64,000 nucleotides of DNA from Vulcanimicrobiota bacterium. Its GTDB lineage: Bacteria; Vulcanimicrobiota; Vulcanimicrobiia; Vulcanimicrobiales; Vulcanimicrobiaceae. Numbering within the stretch: position 1 is the first letter of the stretch; each line of letters starts with the position of its first letter. The stretch covers positions 32,001 to 96,000 of the forward strand of contig CAWHWQ010000002.1 of the NCBI GenBank assembly GCA_963833095.1, given 5' to 3'. Made by a program: the position numbers and the translations under genes. The notes beneath the pieces were generated by a model. It was not told the origin of the DNA. It was given only the letters and a program-made list of their open reading frames with translations, and ran no database searches. Below are positions 56,936-64,000 of this stretch, piece by piece.

Positions 56936-59293
56936 ATGCGTGTTCCCATTTCGTGGTTGCGTGAGTATGTAGATCTTCCCGAGGATCCCGAAGCGATCGC
57001 CGATCGTCTGGCGCTCCTCGGCTTTCCGGTTGAAGAGATTACGCGGCGTCCGCGCATAAGCGGCGTCGTCGTCGGAAAGATCGTCACGCTCGAGAAGCAT
57101 CCCAACGCCGATCGATTGCAAGTCGGCTCAATCGACGTCGGCGCCGCGCAGCACCTCACGATCGCAACCGCGGCCACCAACGTCGCCGCGGGGCAAACGA
57201 TTCCGGTCGCGCTCATCGGAGCGAAACTGCCGCACCTCACGATCGAACCACGCAAAATGCGGGGCATCGACTCGCAGGGCATGATGGTCTCGGCAGACGA
57301 GCTCGGACTTCCGGCGGAGTGGTTCGAAGACGGAATCATGCAACTAGAGGCCGGCGCGTCGCTGGGTGCGGACGTCGTGGAGTTGTTCGGCCTCAACGAG
57401 GATGTGCTCGACGTGGAAGTGACGAGCAATCGTGTCGACGCGATGTCGGTAATCGGGCTTGCACGCGAACTCGCAGCATCATACGGCGTGCCGCTACGAC
57501 TCCCATCATTCGAGAATCCGGGAATCACTGCCGATCCCACGCCGCCGCGCGTCACCATCGAAACGCCGGATTGCCTGCGTTTTGTCGCCCAGCGTTTCGA
57601 CGGCATCACCGTCGCGCCGGCGCCCGCTTGGCTACGCATTCGCCTCGCACTGGCTGGGCAGCGCCCGATCAACAATTTGGTCGACGTGTCGAACTACGTG
57701 ATGTTTGAAACTGCGCAACCGCTGCATTTCTACGACGAGGCGCAAGTCTCGGGCCGGCATTTCGTCGTGCGGGATGCACGTGAGGGCGAACGTCTAACGA
57801 CGCTCGATGGGGAGGAGCGCACCCTTAATCCGCAAGCACTCGTCGTCGCGGACGAGAAACGGGCGTTGGGCTTGGCCGGCCTCATGGGCGGCGCCGACAG
57901 CGAGGTGCGCGACTCGACTCGCGCGATCATTCTCGAAGCCGCGAACTTCACCGGCTCGCGCGTGCGCCGCATGTCCGCGCAACTAGGGCTACGCAGCGAA
58001 GCCTCGTCGCGTCACGAGAAGACGTTAGCTTTGATCCTGGCCGACGTCGGCGCCGCGCGGGCGGCGCAATTGATGGTTGCCCTCGGCGGCAACGCGTATG
58101 CGCCGCAGGCCTTTGGCGAAGCGCCCTCCTCGCCCGAGCCGATTTCGCTGACGCGGCATGACGTCACGCGATTGCTTGGCCTCGATCTTTCGGTTGCGCA
58201 GATAGCGCGGCATCTACAGCTTCTCGGCAGCGAAGTGACGATCGACGGTGAGAAGATGACGGTCACTCCGCCCGCGTGGCGGCGCGATCTGACCATTAGC
58301 GCCGATCTCGTCGAAGAGGTCGCTCGAGTCGAGGGCTATGACGCGATCCCTACGGTCGAGCCCGCTATTCCCTCGCATGCAATCTCCAGCGCGCAATACG
58401 ATCTGGAGGATCGCATCGCTTCAACGCTCGCTGGGCTTGGTTATCACGAGATCGTGACGTACGCATTGCAGGGCACGAGTATCCTCACAAAGATCGAACG
58501 TTCCGGACTCCAACCGAGCCACAAGATCGTTCCAGTCCTCAATCCGCTTACCGAGGAGCAGCGCGTCCTGCGTTGGGCGCTCGGCCCCGGCATCTTCGAG
58601 TACCTAGCCAAAGTCGATCGTCCTTATCGCATCTTCGAACTCGGTCATGTCTTCTCAAGCGACGAAGGCGTCCCCAAAGAAGAAGCCGCGCTGGCATTTG
58701 GATTTGCTGCCGAGCCGATCAACGAGCCCCCCTGGCACGACACGCACTTCTTGCGCCTCAAAGGCGACGTGGAAGCGCTGCTGCGCGCCGTTGCCGGAAT
58801 CGAAGTGGAAACCGCGCGCGACATTCGCGGCGGCTATCATCCGGGCAAGAGTGCGGTCGCGATGTGGCAAGGTCGCGAGGCCGCAGCGTTTGGAAAAATC
58901 GATCCGCGCCTGACCAAAGCGTTCGATGTCCGGCTGGGTCTCTATCTCTGTATCATCTATCTGGATAGGATCCCGGAATATCAGCAGCCGGTCTATCGTC
59001 CGCCATCGCGCTTCCCGTCGACGTATCGCGATCTGGCGGTCGTCGTGGATCTCGACGTCGACGCAGAGCGTATCCGCACCGTCGTGCGCAACGCGATCGG
59101 CGAACTGTGTACCGGCGTCACGGTCTTCGACGAGTACCGCGGTCCGCAGGCTGGCGAGGGTAAAAAGAGCATCGCGGTGCGAGCAACGATGCAGCGCTAC
59201 GATGCTACCATCACCGACGAAGAGGCTGATACCGCGATCGCTCGCGCCGTCGCAGCCGTGCGCGAAGAGCTGGAAGGCGCAATCCGCCAGTGA
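56936..59293 (+). CDS. pheT: Phenylalanine--tRNA ligase beta subunit
   Basis: HPNADRL, RPINNLVD, DLVEEVAR, SRFPSTYRDLA. Confidence 0.97.
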   Translation: MRVPISWLREYVDLPEDPEAIADRLALLGFPVEEITRRPRISGVVVGKIVTLEKHPNADRLQVGSIDVGAAQHLTIATAATNVAAGQTIPVALIGAKLPHLTIEPRKMRGIDSQGMMVSADELGLPAEWFEDGIMQLEAGASLGADVVELFGLNEDVLDVEVTSNRVDAMSVIGLARELAASYGVPLRLPSFENPGITADPTPPRVTIETPDCLRFVAQRFDGITVAPAPAWLRIRLALAGQRPINNLVDVSNYVMFETAQPLHFYDEAQVSGRHFVVRDAREGERLTTLDGEERTLNPQALVVADEKRALGLAGLMGGADSEVRDSTRAIILEAANFTGSRVRRMSAQLGLRSEASSRHEKTLALILADVGAARAAQLMVALGGNAYAPQAFGEAPSSPEPISLTRHDVTRLLGLDLSVAQIARHLQLLGSEVTIDGEKMTVTPPAWRRDLTISADLVEEVARVEGYDAIPTVEPAIPSHAISSAQYDLEDRIASTLAGLGYHEIVTYALQGTSILTKIERSGLQPSHKIVPVLNPLTEEQRVLRWALGPGIFEYLAKVDRPYRIFELGHVFSSDEGVPKEEAALAFGFAAEPINEPPWHDTHFLRLKGDVEALLRAVAGIEVETARDIRGGYHPGKSAVAMWQGREAAAFGKIDPRLTKAFDVRLGLYLCIIYLDRIPEYQQPVYRPPSRFPSTYRDLAVVVDLDVDAERIRTVVRNAIGELCTGVTVFDEYRGPQAGEGKKSIAVRATMQRYDATITDEEADTAIARAVAAVREELEGAIRQ

Positions 59294-59832
59294 TCTTCGG
59301 CATCCCATGGCCCGATATCATCATCGCGATCATCCTGCTGATTTCGACGTATAAGGGCTTTTCGCGGGGCTTCGTGTCGGAACTCGGCGGCGCCGTCGCG
59401 GTGGTCGCCGCCCTCATTACACCGTGGTACTACAACGGGTCGTTCGACGGATGGATCGAGAGCGTGACCAAGCTCGGCGCGGGATCCGCTCACGTGGTCG
59501 GCATGTTCCTCTGCGGGTTCATCACGTATGCGATCGTGCTGGCCATCGCATGGGTGCTCAATCGCTTTGCCAAATTGCCGCTGCTCAACATCGGCAACTC
59601 GCTCGGCGGCGCGGCGATCGGGTTGGCCAAAGGCGCGGTGCTGATTTGGCTCGTGCTCTTTATCGCGCTGTACTTCCCGCTCTCGCCCGACATCCGCACC
59701 GACTTGCACACGTCACGACTCGCGCCGTATTTCGTACAGCCCGACCCGAAAATCGACGGGGTAATCGAATCGGTGATTCCGTGGTTCGCGCGGCCCGCGC
59801 TCTGGCCGTACTTCCACCGCCATCATCTGTAG
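59290..59832 (+). CDS. CvpA family membrane protein
   Basis: DIIIAIIL..KGFSRGF, NSLGGAAIGLAKG, SRLAPY. Confidence 0.8.
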   Translation: MIFGIPWPDIIIAIILLISTYKGFSRGFVSELGGAVAVVAALITPWYYNGSFDGWIESVTKLGAGSAHVVGMFLCGFITYAIVLAIAWVLNRFAKLPLLNIGNSLGGAAIGLAKGAVLIWLVLFIALYFPLSPDIRTDLHTSRLAPYFVQPDPKIDGVIESVIPWFARPALWPYFHRHHL

Positions 59833-59838
59833 CTTGCG

Positions 59839-61008
59839 TTAGCGAACGCTCGCTGCGGCTCTTGCGTCGGTGAGGATTTTCGCAGCCGCAGCGACACCGG
59901 CGCCGAGCTCGACGCGTGCGCCGCAATCGGCGAGCGCAAGTTCGAGCGCTGCGATCGCACCGAGCAAGTCGTTCTCGGCGACGTCACCCATGGTACCGAA
60001 GCGCACGATCTTGCCGGTGAGCTCGCCTTGGCCGCCGGAGATCACGACGCCATAGCGCTCGCGCAACGTTTTGAGCAACGCGGCTGCGTCGACGCCGTCC
60101 GGTGGATACGCGGCGACAACGGTGACCGAATGCGCGTCCGGGTGCGAGAAGATCGCGCATCCCAGCGCCTCGAACGCGGCACGCACCGCACGCGCATAGC
60201 TTGCGAGGCGCTCGAAGTTGGCTTCAAGGCCATCGCTGTGATAGCGTTCGAGTGCGACGGCAAGCGCGTAAAAGATCGAAATCGGCGGCGTCCATGGCGT
60301 CTGACCTTTGCTTGCGAACTCGCGCGCCTTGCCTAGATCGAAATAAAAACGCGTTCCACGCGAAGATTCCATGACGTTCCAGGCGCGCTCGCTTGCTGCG
60401 ACCATCGCGACACCCGGAGGCGCTGCGAAGGCTTTCTGCGACGCCGTAATTACCACGTCAAAGCCCCAAGCGTCCATCTCGAAGGGCGACGCGCCGAGGC
60501 CGCTCACCGAATCGACGATTGTAAGCGCGTCGTGGCCGCGCGTGACGGCGGCGATCGCTGCCATGTCGTTTTGCACAGCGGTCGAGGTCTCGTTGTGCGT
60601 CAGCAAAATGCCGCGAAAGCTGCGCGCATCGTCCTGCTGCAGCCGCGCCCGTAACGCCGCAGGATCCAACGCCGCGCCCAGCGGCGTGTCGAGCACCTCG
60701 ACCTCGCAACCGTGGACGCGAGCAATCTCAGCCAGCCGCTTGCCAAAGACGCCGACCGGACATGAAAGAACGCGGTCGCCGGGAGAGAAGCAACTTGCTA
60801 CTGCCGCTTCCAAGCCCCCGGTGCCCGACGAGCCGAGAAAGACCACCTCACCGCTCGTCCCAAACACCGGCTTCATGCCCCGCTCCATGCGCGCGAGCAA
60901 CTCGGCAAATTCGGGGCCGCGATGATTGATCATCGGCCACGCCATCGCTTCGAGCACGGGTTGCGCAACGGGAACGGGACCAGGGAGCAGTAGGAGCGTC
61001 TTTTTCAT
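59839..61008 (-). CDS. Class V aminotransferase (alanine-glyoxylate/serine-pyruvate type)
   Basis: LLLPGPVP, HRGPEF, HNETST, VDSVS, ASQKAFAAPPG, RFGTMG. Confidence 0.92.
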   Translation of the reverse strand: MKKTLLLLPGPVPVAQPVLEAMAWPMINHRGPEFAELLARMERGMKPVFGTSGEVVFLGSSGTGGLEAAVASCFSPGDRVLSCPVGVFGKRLAEIARVHGCEVEVLDTPLGAALDPAALRARLQQDDARSFRGILLTHNETSTAVQNDMAAIAAVTRGHDALTIVDSVSGLGASPFEMDAWGFDVVITASQKAFAAPPGVAMVAASERAWNVMESSRGTRFYFDLGKAREFASKGQTPWTPPISIFYALAVALERYHSDGLEANFERLASYARAVRAAFEALGCAIFSHPDAHSVTVVAAYPPDGVDAAALLKTLRERYGVVISGGQGELTGKIVRFGTMGDVAENDLLGAIAALELALADCGARVELGAGVAAAAKILTDARAAASVR

Positions 61009-61024
61009 CTTCGGAGAGTTCGTT

Positions 61025-62062
61025 ATGGATGTAGAAGTTCCGGTCCGGCTCACCGCGCTCGCATCGTGCGGCGGCTGCGCGAGCAAACTCGGTTCCGCAG
61101 AACTCGCATCGGTGCTGGTCGGCTTGCCGTCGACCACCAACGACCGCGTTTTGGTCGGTTTCGGCACCGCCGACGATGCCGGTGTCTATGCACTTCGCGA
61201 CGACCTTGCGCTGGTGCAAACCGTCGACTTCTTTACGCCGATCGTCGACGATCCATACGATTTTGGCCGCGTCGCTGCAACGAATGCAATCTCCGACGTC
61301 TATGCAATGGGGGGTACGCCGATCAGCGCGCTCAATATCGTGGCCTTTCCCGAAGCGCTCGATCTTGCTATCCTCTCGCGTATTCTCGCCGGCGGCGCGG
61401 ATGTTGCGCGCGCGGCCGGGGTTGCGATCTTGGGCGGACACACGATCAAGGACGACGAGCCCAAGTACGGCATGGCGGTGACCGGCACCATCGACCCGCG
61501 GCGCATCGTCACCAACGCGGGCGCGAAACCCGGTGACGCCCTGGTGCTCACCAAGCCGATCGGCACGGGCATCCTTACGACGGCGGCTAAGCGCGACGCG
61601 ATTCGCTATGCGGATTTGCAACCCGCAATCGACTGGATGACCACACTCAACGCCGGCGCAGCCGCAGCGATGCTCGACGCGCGGGCGCATGCGGCAACCG
61701 ACATCACGGGGTTTGGCGTGCTCGGACACGGCGGCGAACTCGCACGCGCTTCGGGCGTGCGGCTCGTCATTGATGCCAACGCGGTTCCGATTATGGAGGG
61801 CGTGCTGGACCTGATTCGCGCCGGCGTCGTTCCGAGCGGCACGACGAACAACGTACGCACGCATGCGACGTTTACGACATTCGCTGCATCCGTCGACGAG
61901 GCGCGACGGGTTGCACTTTCCGATGCGCAAACGTCAGGCGGACTCTTGATCAGCGTCGCACCAGAGCGGCTGGAAGCGTTGCGCCGCGGGCTGCGCGATT
62001 CCGGCGTTCTCGATGCGGTGATCGGCGAGGTTACGGAAGGCCAAGGCATCACCGTCGGGTGA
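61025..62062 (+). CDS. selD: Selenide, water dikinase (Cys form)
   Basis: RLT..SCGGCASK, DDAGVY, QTVDFFTP, GGHTI, TDITGFG, DAQTSGGLL. Confidence 0.93.
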   Translation: MDVEVPVRLTALASCGGCASKLGSAELASVLVGLPSTTNDRVLVGFGTADDAGVYALRDDLALVQTVDFFTPIVDDPYDFGRVAATNAISDVYAMGGTPISALNIVAFPEALDLAILSRILAGGADVARAAGVAILGGHTIKDDEPKYGMAVTGTIDPRRIVTNAGAKPGDALVLTKPIGTGILTTAAKRDAIRYADLQPAIDWMTTLNAGAAAAMLDARAHAATDITGFGVLGHGGELARASGVRLVIDANAVPIMEGVLDLIRAGVVPSGTTNNVRTHATFTTFAASVDEARRVALSDAQTSGGLLISVAPERLEALRRGLRDSGVLDAVIGEVTEGQGITVG

Positions 62063-63429
62063 GAGCGGCGATCCGCGCGCACGAGCAGTATCGATGGTAC
62101 GCGCTCGCCGTCATCATGCTCGGCAGCATGATGGGCACGATCGATGCGTCGATCGCAAACGTGGCCATGCCGACGATTGCACGCGTCTACGCTACGTCCG
62201 TCGACAACGCGGAGTGGGTGATTCTGTCCTTCATGCTGGTCACCGCATCAACCCTGGTGCTTTTCGGCCGGCTCGGCGACATGTTTGGACAGAAGCGCAT
62301 CTATCTCGGTGGTTTTGCCATTTTTGGCGCGAGTTCGCTTGCATGCGCGCTTGCGCCGTCGCTCGGCTTCCTGATCGCCGCTCGCGCGGTGCAGGCGCTT
62401 GGCGCTGCGATGCTGCTCTCCTCGAATCAGGCGTTGATAGTCGATACGTTTCCGTCGACGGAGCGTGGGCGAGCAATCGGTTTCAACGGCGCGGCCGTCG
62501 CGGTCGGTCTCTCGCTGGGGCCGATCGTCGGCGGTGCGATCGTGACCTACGGTGATTGGCGCTGGATCTTCTTGATCAACGTGCCGATCTCGATCATCGC
62601 CTCAGTCGGCGCAATGTTCGTCCTGCGACCCGTGCAGCAAAAGAACACCGGTTTCGATCTGTTAGGCGCCGTGCTGTCGGTGATCACGCTCTTTTCGTTC
62701 TCCCTTGCGCTGTCGCGCTCGCATATTTGGGGGTGGACGTCACCGGTGACGCTCAGCCTCATCGCCCTCTCGATCGTTACCCTGACGCTTTTCATCGTCG
62801 TCGAGCAGCGCGTGCCGACACCGACACTGGATCTCAATCTGTTCAAGATCCGCATCTTCGGCGTATCAGTCTTTGCGGCGTTCGTCTACTTCGTGGCAAT
62901 CTCGGGGTTGATCTTCATCGTCCCGCTCACGGCGCAAACCGCCCTCGGCGACACGGCTTTTGCCGCGGGATTCTTGCTTACGCCGATCACCGCGCTCAAC
63001 ATCGTGCTCGCGCCAACCGCAGGCGCGCTATCGGATCGCGTCCCCGTGCGTTACGTCTCGACTGCGGGCGCATTAATGGTCGCTTTCGGACTCTTTTTGC
63101 TCTCGCGTCTGCCGGCATCGCCGACCATGCTCCAGCTCATTGGCGCGCTCATCGTCACAGGGTGCGGCACAGCGGTCTTCACCCAGCCGAACAACAGCGC
63201 GATTATGGGTTCCGCGCCGGCCGATCGCCGCGGCATCGCTGCGGGGACGCTTGCCACCGCGCGTACGAGCGGACAACTAATCGGCGTGGCCGTCGCAAGC
63301 GCGGTCTATTTCTCGCACGTCGCGCACGCCGGCGCGCTCGCAAAAACGTTCGCACCTGCCAGCGCCTATTTCGGCTTTACGGCGTTTGTCATGCTCGGCG
63401 TGGCTGCGCTGTCGTGGTTGCGTGAGTAA
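62059..63429 (+). CDS. MFS transporter (DHA2-type)
   Basis: DASIANVAMP, GRLGDMFGQKR, WRWIFLINVP. Confidence 0.92.
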   Translation: MRAAIRAHEQYRWYALAVIMLGSMMGTIDASIANVAMPTIARVYATSVDNAEWVILSFMLVTASTLVLFGRLGDMFGQKRIYLGGFAIFGASSLACALAPSLGFLIAARAVQALGAAMLLSSNQALIVDTFPSTERGRAIGFNGAAVAVGLSLGPIVGGAIVTYGDWRWIFLINVPISIIASVGAMFVLRPVQQKNTGFDLLGAVLSVITLFSFSLALSRSHIWGWTSPVTLSLIALSIVTLTLFIVVEQRVPTPTLDLNLFKIRIFGVSVFAAFVYFVAISGLIFIVPLTAQTALGDTAFAAGFLLTPITALNIVLAPTAGALSDRVPVRYVSTAGALMVAFGLFLLSRLPASPTMLQLIGALIVTGCGTAVFTQPNNSAIMGSAPADRRGIAAGTLATARTSGQLIGVAVASAVYFSHVAHAGALAKTFAPASAYFGFTAFVMLGVAALSWLRE

Positions 63430-63431
63430 CG

Positions 63432-64000
63432 ATGCTCGCGCTGCAAACGTTCGGACCTGATATTTGGATCGCCGACGGTCTGCCGGTAAGCGTGTTCGGA
63501 CCGCTAAGACTTCCGACGCGAATGATCGTTGTCAAACTGGGCGACGGATCGCTGTGGATCAACTCGCCGGTGGCCGCGTCACGCGACGACATGCAGATGG
63601 TTGGCAGGCTCGGGCCGGTGCGTCATCTCGTTTCGCCGGCAAAGCTTCATACATGGAGAATCGCCTCGTGGGCAGCTGTCTTTCCCGAGGCACGGTGTTG
63701 GATTCCGCCGGAGATTCTTCGCGACGAAGCGCCCCAGGCGTGGGCCGGCGACCTCGACCAGGCCGTCTTTCGCGGCAATGCGTTCGCCCAGGAGGTCGAA
63801 TTCTTCCATCCAAAATCGCGCACGCTGATTTTCAACGACTTCATCCAAAACTATCCGCCCCAACCGCATCGCGTGGTGCTTGACGCCCTCTTGAAACTCA
63901 GCGGTGCGCGAAACGGTGGTGTCCCCACCGATATCAAGCTGTCGTTCATCAACAAGGGCCTTGCGCAGCAATCGCTGCGCCGGCTCCTCGCATGGGACTT
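63432..64000 (+). CDS. DUF4336-like protein, truncated at the window edge
   Basis: Open frame MLALQTFGPDIWIADG..TRMIVVKL.DGSLWINSPV..HLVSPAKLH..EVEFFHPKSRTLIFND, with no stop before the edge. Confidence 0.8.
   Translation, partial: MLALQTFGPDIWIADGLPVSVFGPLRLPTRMIVVKLGDGSLWINSPVAASRDDMQMVGRLGPVRHLVSPAKLHTWRIASWAAVFPEARCWIPPEILRDEAPQAWAGDLDQAVFRGNAFAQEVEFFHPKSRTLIFNDFIQNYPPQPHRVVLDALLKLSGARNGGVPTDIKLSFINKGLAQQSLRRLLAWD

Noticed and set aside
61025..61100. Selenocysteine in SelD
   Set aside because: The active-site residue is encoded by TGC (Cys); there is no in-frame TGA.

Overview
GC-rich bacterial chromosomal window of mostly housekeeping and metabolic genes. Gene content and style tentatively suggest a Terrabacteria lineage such as Candidatus Eremiobacterota; this is inference, not searched. 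Contents: uvrA and uvrB (heavily frameshifted), prs-rplY-pth, glmU-gltX, a split B12-dependent acyl-CoA mutase with an isobutyryl-CoA-mutase signature plus MeaB, GH125, uppS, tricorn and S9 peptidases, the glyoxylate shunt (aceA-aceB), a YciI/ECF42 pair with its promoter and two DUF6582-like genes, LytS/LytTR, tag, mmsA, rocD, an acyl-CoA synthetase, an attenuator-controlled infC-rpmI-rplT operon, SoxR with its operator and target, an ECF/anti-sigma pair, trmH-(yqzL-like)-pheST, cvpA, and selD-MFS-DUF4336. No rRNA, tRNA, CRISPR array or transposase was seen. The best novelty candidates are: an ORFan lipoprotein with a Cys-bracketed hydrophobic C-terminal hairpin plus a tiny membrane partner (toxin/immunity-like); a 30-codon YqzL-like ORF with competing hairpins in front of pheS; a short hairpin repeat recurring directly after TAG stop codons; and two pseudo-enzymes. 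The uvrA/uvrB/prs frameshifts look like a mixed-strain consensus artefact.
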